Shown here: piece by piece, positions 43,375-56,600 of the stretch
Position numbering within the stretch: the first letter of the stretch is position 1
How the letters are laid out: the number at the start of each line of letters is the position of its first letter
Source: Naegleria gruberi
Lineage: Eukaryota
Strand: one strand, 5' to 3'
DNA: 64,000 nt
NCBI GenBank assembly: GCA_000004985.1
Contig: GG738845.1
The notes under the pieces: model-generated
Database searches by the model: none
Seen by the model: only the letters and a program-made list of their open reading frames with translations
What the model was told of the DNA's origin: nothing
Translations under genes and position numbers: made by a program

Positions 43375-46300
43375 ATGATCAAGAAATTGGGCGTAAAAGC
43401 TCAAAAATTTTCTCTCATACTTCACCCTGCATTTAAACACGCAACTGATCAACATAAAACAAAACTTGTTGAAGAATCGGAAGGTCATGTTGTTCATCAT
43501 GTTATTAGTGAAGATTGTCTTGATGGAGAGTCTAAAGTTAATAGTGAAGAATTAATTGTTAGTGATTTGATTGATGAAGATATTGATGAAGATGATAAAA
43601 AAGAGATTGATGAAAATTTACTTCAAAAAGCATTATACTATGCTCTATTAACTTTACATTTACCGATTCATATGGTTCCTGAAAGAATTCAAGATGTTCC
43701 CCTCACACTCTCACAATTACAAGGTGAAGTTTTAAAATTATTTGAACCCAAGTTAACTCTTGAAGAGTTGCAAAAAACTTGGAATGAAATATATATTCAG
43801 AAATCAGATAATGGCTCTATTGATTTAATTGTAGATTTTCTATTGTTGAGAAAGTATATTTTTGAAAACGAACATCAATTACCATATACAACCTCTGATT
43901 TTGTTAGTGTGGAGAAGTATCAGTTTTGGAGACATAACAAGATTAAGGAAATTGACCTCATGTTGGATAGTATTAAAACTGCTAGAAAGAAGGAATTCAA
44001 TTGCAAGTTGGAATTTGAATTTGATAATGTTATCCTAAACAATTCTGAGTCTCTTGTTAAGAAAACTGAGTGCGATTTGATGTATCATTTGGATACAACT
44101 GATCCTGAGAGTTCCATTAAAATTAACAATGATACCAAAACTAAAACTGTATATGAATCAAAACCTGTAGAAACCAAGAAGAAGGATGCTGCTTTTAAAC
44201 CAATCTTTAAAGAACTTGTTAAATTGTAAGTGTTACCTCTAATGATGTGTTCTAACTTCTTCAAATATGTAGATCTCTAGCAAATAGAGATCAAGAGGTA
44301 AAATTTTCTATCATCTTGTCAAAATATGCAGGTTTGAAAAAGAAGGAAATTGGTCACGTTATTATTCCAGTTACCAGTTTAATTGAAAAACTTTTCCCAA
44401 AAACAAATTGGGGAAACATTGATCAACCGATTCGAGCTGATTTTCCAATTGTTTTTAATAATTCAACTATTGGTGATATTCAACTCAAAATTACAAGAGG
44501 AAATTATCAATACTTCCCAGCAAATCAAAATAATTGGACTACATATGTTTCCAAGAGGCTTGACTTTATCAAGAATAATTTAAATACATTTGATATTCCA
44601 GATGTTTACAAGATCAAAAAAGTTCTATTAAGAAGAGCATTTAATTCGCCAAAGACAGACCTTAACTTAGTGACTTATGTTCAAAAATGGATTCTTGGAG
44701 AGATTGACCTCTTATTTGGTATGTCTACCCATAATGCAGAAATTAGTTTGTTAGATGTACTTTCAAGAAATATTCGTTTTTTAATTTCATTTGCTGATCA
44801 ATTTTCAAAAAGTTATCAAACTGCTACAAAAATAATTAGTGATAATATTAAACAAACCAACAAGATCAACCAAATTATGGACAAGACTGAAAAGAAAGTT
44901 GTTGATCTCTTAATGCATTTCAAGGAGAGATTCCCAAGAAACAAACCAGATGGTGCTTTAGAAAATGTTGTTAAACTATATGACACCATTATTTCTGTAC
45001 ACAAAAAACATTCATTTGAAGAATTTTTAGATATTCTTAAAGACCTTTTGAAAAAGTCACTCGAAAATGATTATTTGCTTATTAAGAAGCAACAATTAGA
45101 GGTTTTCAAAACAGAAGAGTTGAATGCCAAGGTGTTAATTGGAATGATTCCAGGGATTGTATACAAATTGGATAGGTAAGTTGACATGTCATTTAAAATT
45201 TCAAAATATTTTCAAAAACCTTAATTGACCAAACAACTTAACATCACTTTCAAAGACTCTATGATTATTCTGATACACTCCCACAGGATGTTAAATATGA
45301 AAGCATGAACATGATCTATTATGAATTGTTCAAGAAGGATTTCCAACAAGTTGCTCAATCAGGAGGGTTCTCTGGTTATCAGATGTTGCATTTTTGCACT
45401 AAGATTAAAGATTTAGCTGAAGTGATTGGAAACTCCAACGATTTGAGTCAAAAAAAATCCGAATTGATTGACATCGCTGAAGTTTCTAAAGGCTATGAAG
45501 AAAAATTCATTGAAGAATTAGCGGCTAAACTCGGTGATTGCGCAGATCAATCTATTAAGATTGACAATTGGGTACCAGTTAATCAAGACGTGAAACACTC
45601 AACAAGTGTTGTTGATTTTTACACTGCAGCTAACGAGATTTGGAACTATGTTTCTGAATTGGAGTTTTTCAATGAACATTTATTGCAAATGTTCACAGAA
45701 ATGTTGGCAAAGGTCACTCTCGATTATGCAAATAAGGTTAAAAATATTGCAGTACAAATTATTACTAGAAATACAAAAGAGAAATCAAGTACATCCCCAA
45801 CAACTGAAAAGACCAAAAAATCCAAAACAATCAACCTCTTTAGTAGAAATGAAGTTAAAAACGCGGAGCAAGAGAGTGATTTAATTTATTCTGAGATTGA
45901 ATTGACCTCAGATTTTTTAATAATGCTTAATAATATTAGCGTTTCGAAGCAAGAAATGGAAGAAATTATCGATAGTATTATTGAAAAACAAAAGGACTTG
46001 AAAGATAGTGAAGAAGTCACTAGACAAGTAGAAAGAAACGAGGAAGAAGATTTGGACTTGGAAAATGAAGAAGATTTGAAAAAGACCTCAGATATGATTG
46101 GTGAGCATCAAATGAGTGCTCTTGAAAAATCCAGAAAAAATATTGACCTTATTATTGAATCATTGATTGCTATCATCTCCTCCAGTTTCAGAGTTCCAAT
46201 TAGAAGTACACTACAAAATATTTTTAACAAAACTAAAACCTTGGTTGAAAAAAGTTCACCATCGAACAGACCCCTCTCCAAAGATACTACTCTCAAAATT

Positions 46301-48280
46301 GTGCAATCAGAAATTGATTCAATTTTGAGTAGTGAATTACTTGAGTCTATTCTTACACCTGCCTTTACAATTCTATCCGAAAGTTGCTATGATCAATTAT
46401 TTAAATTAATCTTGGAAAATATTTTGGATATTACAAACTCAGAAATGATTAATTCATTTATTATTCCAACTGATAATTATGATATTGAATCTGATAAGGA
46501 CAAATTCCTCACTGTTGAACAATTATTTGTACTTGAAAGCGTTCACACAACCTTTGGAATTTATCTTTGTGGTAATGATGATGATCCTGATACTGGATTG
46601 AATGAACAAGTATTTGAGTCCAAATCACGTCTCCTACTCAGATTAATTTCCCTCTATCAATGCACAACACCCAAGTTGATTAACATTTACCAAAAGTACA
46701 CCAAGTATCCTAATTTGAACTTTTCAAACATTTTGAAAAAGCATCACATATTACTTTTACTCAAATCTAAGGGTGATAAAGAAGCTCTATCATTCTACAA
46801 AATTCATCAAAAAGAGGCAGAACATCAACGTATTATTCAAGTCTTCAATTTGAAACCAGTTGATGGAGCAGGAGATGAAGATGAAAGCAATGACAGGTAT
46901 GAAGAGTTGTTGGTGACTGTGAGTGGTATTTATGAATTAAGTCCGTATGATGTTCATGTTACTGAACTCAGACTTTTACTAGAATCTAAATGTTCTAGAA
47001 AGACTAAAGAATTTTTATTGAGAGATGTCATTAATGCCAAATTGAGTAAACATTTACTCTCCACAAAGGGTGTTCAATTTTCAATCAAGGGTGATGAAAA
47101 GAGAGTTTACATTCTAAATTTTACTGATTCAGAATTGAGAACCAAATTCCTAAATGTATTTTACCAACAATTGAAGAATATTGGTAATGAACAACCTCAG
47201 CTTCAAGAATTGAAATCCCCAACAACAAGTGGAAGTTCTGTTAAAATCCTTGACTCTAATTTGTTTGATCAAGCTGCAGATGCCTTAAAACTCAAGTTTA
47301 AAATCAAAAACTCATCATGTAAACTTTTAAAAAGAATTATTGCTCAAGCTGCCTACAAGGTCGATAATACCAAAGTTTTTGCGGATGGTGAAGTATTATT
47401 ATTCAATTATGGTCTTTGTTTCCATTGTGGTTCAGATGGTGTTAAAGGAACTTTCTCTCTAAAACTCAACTTTTCAATTGTAAAACAAATTGAAGGAAAG
47501 AAGAGAAAGGACAATTCCATGAGAATCAAAATTGATCTGCAAGGAGGCTATTCTCTGTCTTTTTATAATGTTGAATTTTTTGAGAATTGTCTCTCTGATA
47601 TTATCAATGCATTTGAACAATGGTCCAAGGATTCAACAATTACACCTCTACCAAAATCAGATGATAAGAATTATTTCATTTCAAAATTCAAATTGAAATG
47701 TATTGGAGAGAGTGATGAATGCTTAGATAGAAAGTTGAGCTGTGGATCAGCACTTACAGAAAATGGAACATTGTTTATTGGAAACTATCATTGTTGTTAT
47801 GAATCCAATTCTCTCCTTCCAAATAACGGAGACATACAAAAGGAAGAGCAAATCTTAATCCCTGTTGCATTTATCAAGGATATTGAGAAGTATGTTCATT
47901 CAAAATTATTGGCTCTCCGTTTATTGAGTGGCCATATTGTTTGTTTCATGTTCCATGATGAAAAGAGTTTAGAAATCGCCTTCCAAAGAATCACTGTCAA
48001 GGTACAATGTATCACTAAGCCAAAAATATCCATATTTGGATCTTCAAACAGTGAAAATAATCTTTATATTTCAAATATTTTAAAAAATGAAAAGATAGAT
48101 TTGGATTCTTGCGATCAGAGAATATTGAATAGTGCTATATTGACAAAACAAGCTCAAGAAGCACCAATCCAAACTTTAGGTAATTTGGGAAGCGGTGTCA
48201 AACAAGCAAGTCAAAGTGGTGGAGTTTTCCATTATTTTACCAATATTGGAAAGAATATTTTCGGAAATAAGAAGAAATAA
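43375..48280 (+). CDS. Large protein of about 1590 aa with two C-terminal PH-GRAM-like modules (..EVLLFNYGLCFHCGS.. and ..GTLFIGNYHCCYESN..): join(43375..44225,44273..45175,45256..48280); introns of 47 nt (GTAAGT..GTAG) and about 80 nt (GTAAGT..AAAG; alternative acceptor at 45303)
   Basis: The three ORFs 43375..44229, 44316..45179 and 45305..48280 each end on a GTAAGT that overlaps the stop codon. Their frames reopen immediately after a YAG with no intervening stops. GRAM-like G-L--NYRL-F-S motifs. Family not identified. Confidence 0.55.
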
Positions 48281-48663
48281 GTGCCTCTGTTTATTTAAAT
48301 ATAAAACTACTTTGATAAAGATTCAATCCATTATTAAGATTGAATATGGGCCATTACTGTTTGAAATTTTCATAGCAATGCGCCCATAAAAATGTCATTT
48401 AAAGTAAATGAATAGCTCCCGAATCTTCTTTGTAACCAGAAGCTAATGGAAGTTTTTAAGTGACTGTATCCATATAGTGTGCAGGTTGCCAAGTGGATAT
48501 AGGTTATCCAGTTTATAATGTTATGCTGATGGTTGGAGGAGAGAAAAATAATACAAAGTGAGCTATTAACCCAAAATTGTAATTTTAAATTCCAAACCAG
48601 ATATGTTGTTGGAAACAACCCCTCAACAACTACAATTATTTTACTAGGAAACATACAAAAAAA

Positions 48664-50722
48664 ATGATTAACTTTGTGTATCAGTTGATTATAATATTAC
48701 TCCTGCCAGGTATTCTAATCAATAGTACTTGTTGTATTTCTGGAATACCACAAGAAGAAGATACACCAATTAAAATACTAAAGGATGGAGAAATAATTCC
48801 ATTCAATAGAACCATGTTAGTTCTCATCGATCAAAGTAGCACTCCAAGAGAAGAAACTCTAGATATTGTGAGTGATGGTATTTCGTTAACATTCTCAATT
48901 CTCTCTGTAATTGGATCCTTAGCTGTGTTTGGAATGTTTTTCTTTGAACATGCTTGGGTGTTTGGTAGAGAAAAGGAACAGAAAGCAAATTATAGACGTT
49001 CTCTCAAAAGAAATACCATCAAGGATCTGGATATTCTGCAACAACACCATGTTGAATATATGAAAAAGAAGAGGCAAGTAATTTCTCAGAAAAAGAGAGA
49101 GTTTGTGCGGAGAATGATGTTATCATTGATGGTGTCAGATGTAATTTGTTCATTGAGTAGGATTATGTTTGTTGTTTGGTGGTGGATTTGTACTCAAGCA
49201 GCTCCTAATGAAATGTTCAATCATTTTACAGGTCCAGTTCAAAATTTTGGAACCAATTCATCTCAAATTATTACGAATGGATCCATTTCTTTGACTAGTT
49301 TTATTTCACCTCCTCTTTCGAAAGTCATTACAATTCATTTCAATACCAATGGAAAGGAAAAGAATAATGGGAAGGGAAAGGATAAAAAACCAGTTATTGA
49401 TAAAAAGAATGGAGGAAGTAAGAATGGTTCCATAATTGAGTATTTGTCTGATCCGTTTGGAGAAACAAACAAGTTCAACAAAAAGCAAATGGCCTTAATT
49501 GAACCTCCATCTTTCTATTCAGTGTTCAGGATTGATGGGAATGATTCCATGAATGGGACAATGTTTTATTCCTATTTTGAAATGAAAACAGCACCTCAAT
49601 TGTTTTTAGGATTTCTTGCCAATGTTAATTATGCATCATGCCTGTCAACTGCTTCCTGGGTTGCAATAGTGGCCTTTTCTGTTTTAGCAACAACGAGGCA
49701 AGTCAGTTGGGATGACGAAATGCAAGAGGAAAGTGATGACGAATCAAAGAAGGTGAAAATATTATGTGTTGAAACTGTTTTTCATTCATTTTCATGGGGA
49801 ATAGCCTTTTTTTCGTTTTTCATTATTTTTCTTCTTAGAGTAGTTTCTCACACAACACCAACAATAGATAAGACAATAATTAACATCATTACCAGTATAC
49901 TCTATATTATGTGGGCCCTGTTTTTTACCCTGGTATGTTATTAATTTCATTCAAATTAACAAAAAACAGATAATAACTATTCTTATTATAATATTAGGTT
50001 GTATTTGGAGAAAAATAGGAATACACTTCAACAAGTCTCAATTGATATTCCCAAAATTGGAGACAAGAAAAAGACAGCGTTCAGTAATACTAAAATTAAG
50101 CATGCTCCTTCTCCCATTCGCTTTTTGTGGAATTTTTGAAGTCATATTTTGGTATTACAATGCTGTCACAACTCTAACTCAACAAGATGATGTTCTCTTT
50201 GTTGTGATATTTTACAACTTTCTTTACAATGTTATCGTTCCATTGAAAGGCTTTCTTTTGGCTATTGCCTTCTTATTGGGTTCACCAGAAGTGAGATCAT
50301 GTCTCAAATGCTGTTGTTTTTGTAATAGTTTTGCTACTAGTGATTATAGCTCTAGCACAGAATCCCTTCTAGATGGTCATATTGAGGAAGCAAATAGCAT
50401 CACATCTGTTTTTGAAAATGTTAGGACAAGACTCCGAACGCCCAGCTCAGAATATGCAGGATTATACTATTCCAACTCGGCAACCACGCCAAGAACACCA
50501 CAGTTCCCAATTAGTGATTCAGAAGAGCCTAAATCCTCAGCTCACTACACAACACTGGACAGAGTGAAAGCAACCTATGCCACTATCTCAACAGAATCCA
50601 TTGAGGGAACTCTTATCACTTTTGGCCGTCTCTACACTGGTGCATCAACAAGAACCAATCAACAACAAGTGCTCCAAACTAATAGCTCTGAAATATCTGA
50701 AGACATTCATATTAATATTTGA
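48664..50722 (+). CDS. Seven-transmembrane receptor (GPCR-like; TM7 PLKGFLLAIAFLLGSPEVR resembles family-B/cAMP-receptor-like LQGF..A..Y.F.N.EVQ) with signal peptide, about 673 aa: join(48664..49932,49970..50722); 37-nt intron GTATGT..AACAG
   Basis: N-terminal hydrophobic signal, seven predicted TM helices, a CCCF motif after TM7. ORFs 48664..49944 and 50042..50722 join in frame across the 37-nt intron, and the frame is open from 49970. Confidence 0.6.
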
Positions 50723-50752
50723 TTTAAAATATTGTCAATTTATTAAAGCAAA

Positions 50753-53079
50753 TTAAAAGTTTTCCAAATCCAATTCCTTAAGGGTATCCTTCTTATTGGA
50801 TGATGAAGCATTGCTTGATGATTTGGTCTTCTTCTTGGATGGTTCCGTTCGCTTAGAAGATGGGGCACTTGTGGATTCAGTTGACTCATCTCCTCTCTTT
50901 CTCTTAAGTTTAGTCTCTTCCATTTCTTTGAGAGCAGATTCTTCTTCATCCTCTTCTTCCTCGAAGGTAACCTTTTCGTCCAATTTGGCAGCAACTCTTT
51001 CCAAAACTTCTCTGTCTTGTTTCTTCTTTTCGTTTGCATAGTACTTGTCGAGAGGTGTTTCAGTATCCTTTAAGAATTCTATAACCTTGTCAAATTCAAG
51101 TGGAGTGAAATTAATCTTGGATTTGGATTCGTTTACAAAAATGATATTGTCATTCACATGCTTAACAAGATTAGTTATTTGCTTGGAGATACCAAAATGG
51201 AGTGTTTCAGTATGTGATTTAACATACTTCTTCAAAAAGTTTGTAATTGGATAGGAAAGTTCTGGGAAGGCAACAGACTTACTATGATTAGCCAAGTGAT
51301 CCAAAAGTAAGAAACAACAATCATCAATGATTCTTTGATGGAATTCTCTAGATTTGAGTTCCTCAGGTACAGCCTTGAGTTTGAATTCGAAATATAATGG
51401 TTGTGGTTTTTGATTTTGTTTTGGAGTGTTAATAGCTTGTTTCAATTGTAAAATTTCAAAAACTGTTTGCGAAATTGGAATAAAACTCTTGTCACAATCT
51501 CTCGAAAGTTGGTTGAGCATGGTCAAAATCTTAACTTTGAATGGATAATGTTTGGCAGAATTAGTTAAACCAATAGCAGCCATAGCAATTTGTGTGACTG
51601 GGTAGAGAAGTGCTGAAATATTTTCTTGCTTGTAATAGGCACATATAACCTTTGACCAGGCATCCAAACAGTGGAAGAATTTCCAATTATAACATAAAGC
51701 ATAACCATTTTGAACTGTTGAGTCCATAGCTCTTCTCACCGTTATAGCAAGTTCTCTAATGTATGTAAAGGCATGATGGTAAGTACTAGTAAAGTTGATT
51801 GTTGACAATTCTACAAGACAATTCTTCAAAAATTCAATTTGATGGAATGTAGATGGGTTATACCCTTTAGAATTTCTCAAAAGAGTATAGTAAATACCCT
51901 TAATACATAATTCTAGGAATGGATATGGATAAATAACAGCCATACTATTGATAATAATAAATGCTCTAACTCTAACATCTTCATTGGAATGACCTAACAA
52001 GTTGAGCATGAGTCTCAAAATTTTCTTTGGTTGAGCTTCAAATAAACCATAGAATGGAACGAGTCTTACGAAATAGTGCAAAACATAAATCAATAATTTT
52101 TCATCCAAAGTCTTTTCCATCATTTGGTGGAACGCATTAATAAATGTTGAGAGAGCTAATTTAATTTGTTTCCATCCAGAATGTTTAGCTGGTAATTTGT
52201 TTCTATTATTAATATAGTTAATGAAACTATTTCCTAAAAAAATTACTTACGATCCTTGTTCATATTTTGTCAAAATAGTTGCCAAATCTCCCAAACACTT
52301 AACACAAGCCATTGTAACTCTTGCAAATGTTGCAACATCAGGAACAACATATGGAATTTCTGGTTCTTTTTCCTTCTTTTTTGATTCTTGATTTTCTCCT
52401 TCCTTCTTCAAACCTGATCTGAAACATAAAATCAAGTGGAATAATGGTTGCACAGCGTTAGAAGTTTTAATCTTTTTAACCCAACGAGCAATCAATGCTT
52501 TTGTTACTTTAATTCTATTACCAAATTCTTTAGTATCCTTTTCATCTTCTTCTTGTATTTCACCTGCAATTCTTTCAAAGTATTGTTCATCTTCTTCGTC
52601 TACTTCTTGTTGATCAGTAACATCATCAGTCATTTCATCATCCTCTTCCTTATCACCTCCGTGGAAAACTTCCTCATCAGAATCATCAGAAACACTAGCA
52701 ATCAATTGTTGAATTTCTTCTTCTTCTTCCTTTGTTGTTTTTCCTCCTTCTTGTTTAAGTTTTTCAAGGAATTCCTCAACTTCATGTTTAGTTATACTAT
52801 TTAATGTTAAAATCATCATGATTGTTTCAGTTGTACATACCCATTATCATTTTTTGTTGATTCCTTCTTATCCTTCTTCTTAGATATCTTCAAATAATGT
52901 TGGTCAAGTTGTTGTTCTTCTTGTTCGGAATCGGAAAGGTCATCTCTTTTCAGCTTTTCATTTCTAATAGTTTCTCTAATATACTTTTGTTGACCAATCT
53001 TTTGAGTTCTTATCTTGGCTTTAACCAAACTTTTATTGGATTTGTATTTTTTATCACTCTTTGTTTGCTTTTTACCCAT
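50753..53079 (-). CDS. NOC2L: Nucleolar complex protein 2 (NOC2/NOC2L), about 752 aa: complement(join(50753..52226,52251..52796,52841..53079)); introns of 44 nt (GTATGT..AATAG) and a candidate 24-nt micro-intron (GTAAGT..AATAG)
   Basis: The N-terminus MGKKQTKSDKKYKSNKSL.. resembles yeast Noc2 (MGKVSKSTKKFQSKHL..). ..HEVEEFLEKLKQE.. matches DPEFYKFLQEND. HAFTYIRELAITVRRAM matches HAFLYIRQLAIHLRNAM. LCYNWKFFHCLDAW matches SVYNWQYVHCLFLW. The sequence upstream of the ORF-track start at 52123 is conserved NOC2 sequence in the same frame, interrupted by a single TAA. Confidence 0.75.
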
Positions 53080-53371
53080 TATTGTGAAGTACCGATTTTT
53101 TTTTGAAGTTTTTTATTTTCAATAAATTTTTGAATGGCAATAATTCTCATCACAACCTGCAGAATTTTGCTGCATTTATTTGTTTTTCATAATAATTTAA
53201 AACTGAAAGAAAACTGTTATCAGAGTGGCAGAAAGCTTGTAGTAACCACTATCACACAGGATAGATAATCACAAATTTCATTGACAAAAAATTAGGTACT
53301 ATGAAAAGTAACTTAAAGTTGTCAATAATATATTATACTTTTTATTAATTTTTTAAAAAAATACCTCAAAA

Positions 53372-53527
53372 ATGTCTGCTGAAGGTCATCACGGTCCATA
53401 CAATACTCGTTTGTTCTCTTGGAGAATGATTGCGATCGCCGCCGGTTTCTCCATGATTCCTTTGTTGTTCTCAAAGCCTGCTCCTCAACCAAAGACTGAA
53501 ACTTTCACTCCTCCAAGTAGGTATTAA
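53372..53527 (+). CDS. Small single-pass membrane protein, about 51 aa: MSAEGHHGPYNTRLFSWRMIAIAAGFSMIPLLFSKPAPQPKTETFTPPSRY. Possibly a COX7C/Cox8-family subunit. The 3' end is uncertain: a GTAGGT donor at 53517 could splice to 53562 or 53577
   Basis: A-rich leader (cctcaaaaATG). One predicted TM helix. G-Y-N--F..AAGF-MIP resembles the COX7C/yeast Cox8 pattern. Below the ORF-track size cutoff. Confidence 0.3.
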   Translation: MSAEGHHGPYNTRLFSWRMIAIAAGFSMIPLLFSKPAPQPKTETFTPPSRY

Positions 53528-53684
53528 TAATTTAAATTATTCTTGATTTTCTTTTATTCAGAACATTAAATTTCAGACACCATGGGACTTTAATAAAAAA
53601 ACTACTTTTAAATTCTAACAAAATTCATTATTTGAAAGTTTCATATTATTGCTTGCCGATGATTATTGCTACACCTTCAAAAAA

Positions 53685-56600
53685 ATGTCTTCGTTGGAGC
53701 AGTGGGTGAGTGACGAATTATACGATGTAATCAAGTATAGTAGCACCACTGTCAGTAGCTATGTAATCAATTTGGCAACTAAATATCAAGCCAATCCTTC
53801 CAAGTTAATTAAAGAATTGGAAAAAGAATTACTGTCACCTGATGAAGTGCCTGTACATCATTCCAAGATTGATTCATTTGCTAGACATCTCATTCTAAAA
53901 TTACCATCCATTAATAGTTTGAAATCATCCGAGTCATCAATATCAAAAACTAATTCTAAATATTCGTCAGCAATTAGTGAGGATGTATCTTCCTTGTTGG
54001 TACTTTCCGAGGAAGAAGATAATCAAGACAAGAAAAAGAAAAAAAAGAAAAAGAATGTAAACTTGAGAAGAAAGATATCGACAAATGACAATGATGAGGA
54101 AGATCAAATGCCACCTAAAAAGGTTAAACACGAAGAGGAGGATCAGATTTTCATTTCACAAGATTCTATTGAGGACAACAACCAAAGCTCTTCAGCAGCC
54201 GAGGAAAATCAACATGATAATCAACAAATTGTAAATAATAATGAACCAAAGAAAAGGTTAACTAGGGAGGAACTTTTATCTCAAAGAGCTAAAAATCCTC
54301 AAGACAGGAGAATAGTTCTGGAAGAATTGAGAAAAAAATCTAGAAATCACTATCTTAATGAGAGAGAAAAGAAATTGTTACGAGAATTGGAAAATAATCT
54401 CATAGAAGAAGAAATTAATAGACGAGATGAGGACTTGACAGAATCTGAAAGATTGGAAAGAGAATCTAAAAGAAAAATTTTGGAATATACCAAAAATAGA
54501 AATAAGAAGAAACATACCGATTATTTTCAAATGCCAGATACATACTACGATCCAGAAACAGGAGTTTCCAAGAATAGAGACAAATTGGAGCTCATTAAGA
54601 AAAGAGATGACTACATTGACCATCATCACAAGGGCAACAGATCATCAGATCAGAAAAAATTGGAAGATGATCTCATTCAACAATCTACGATGAAGTTTGG
54701 AGCAATGGATAGACTTAAGCAAGCTGAAAGGGAATACGAAAAGGAAAAACAAGTTGAATTGGAAATTGAGGATGAAATTGAATTTATTCAAGAAATACTT
54801 GAAGGAAAGAGAGAAATGCCAAAAGAATTAATGAAAGAGCTTGGATTGAGCGAAACGCCAGGTACAGAAAAGAAAAAAACCTTATCAATGGAGGAGTTCA
54901 GAAAAACATTACCAATCTATCAAATGAGAGACAAGCTAATTCAAGCTGTACAAGATAATCAAGTAGTTATCATTGTTGGTGAAACAGGTTCCGGTAAAAC
55001 CACTCAATTGACTCAATATTTACACGAGGCTGGGTTCACTAAGAATGGGAAAAAAATAGGGTGCACCCAACCTCGTAGGGTAGCTGCAACTTCAGTAGCT
55101 ACTCGTGTTGCTGAGGAAATGGGAACTAAAATAGGAGATAAGGTCGGATACACCATTCGTTTTGAAGATCTCACATCTGAGAATACAATTATCAAGTATA
55201 TGACTGATGGTATGCTTTTAAGAGAGTTTCTCAAAGAACCTGATTTGGGAAGTTATAGTGTATTAATGATAGATGAAGCTCACGAACGGTCACTTCATAC
55301 TGATATTCTATTTGGGCTTGTGAAAGATATTGTTAGATACAGAAATGACATTCGTTTAATCATATCAAGTGCAACAGTTGAAGCTGAAAAATTTTCAAAG
55401 TACTTTGATGGAGCACCAATTTTCAATGTTCCTGGAAGAAAATTTCCTGTTGATGTTTACTATACAAAAGCTCCTGAGAATAATTATCTAGATGCAGCCG
55501 TTGTTACAGTTCTTCAAATCCATCTTTCCCAACCTGATGGTGATATTTTAGTATTTTTAACAGGTCAGGATGAAATTGAAAAATGTGAAGATATGCTAAC
55601 AGAAAAGCTTAAAATGATACCATCAAAAGGCAAAGGACTAATTGTAGTACCAATTTATTCTACCTTACCTTCAGATCAACAAGCCAAAATTTTTGAACCT
55701 ACTCCACAAGGCTTTAGAAAATGTGTTTTAGCAACCAATATTGCTGAAACATCACTTACCATCGATGGAATAGTTTATGTAGTTGACTCTGGATATTGTA
55801 AGCAAAATAGTTATAATCCAAGAAGTGGAATGTCTTCATTAGTTGTCACTCCAATTTCAAAAGCTGCTGCAATTCAAAGAACAGGCAGAGCTGGAAGAGT
55901 GGCACCTGGAAAATGTTTCAGATTATATACATCCTATTCATTTAATAATGAGCTGGAAGAAAGTCCAACACCTGAAATTCAACGTACTAATCTAGGAAAT
56001 GTTGTATTGTCATTGAAAAATTTGGGAATTAATGATTTGATTAATTTTGATTTTATGGATCCTCCACCTCCAGAAACATTAATTGCTGCTCTTGAACAAT
56101 TATATGCCCTGGGAGCTCTAAATGATGCTGGCGATTTGACATCAATGGGCAGAAGAATGTCAGAATTTCCACTTGACCCACAACTATCCAGAATGCTTAT
56201 TGCCTCTGAAAAATATGGTTGCACAGAGGAAATTGCAACCATTTGTGCTATGCTATCTGTAAATAATTCTATATTTTTTAGACCAAAAGAAAATGAGTTA
56301 CAATCTGATAATGCAAAAAAATCATTCCACCATCAACATGGTGATCATTTGACTCTTCTTAATGTTTTTAATGAATGGGTAGAAACTGGTTATAGTATTC
56401 CTTGGTGCCACCAACATTTTATTCAAGAAAGGTCAATGCTAAGAGCAAAAAAAATCAGAGAACAACTGGTACAACTTATGGAAAAGGTTGAGATTGAATT
56501 AATTTCAAACAGTGAGGATTCTGAAGCCATACGAAAGGCTATTACAAGTGGTTTCTTCTACAATGTAGCTACGCTTGAAGGACACACAGGAAGTTACAGG

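Noticed and set aside
48370-48654. 94-aa minus-strand ORF between the PH-GRAM gene and the 7TM receptor
   Set aside because: Its 5' context is T-rich rather than A-rich (it is the reverse complement of the receptor's A-rich leader). It is hydrophobic low-complexity sequence with no homology.
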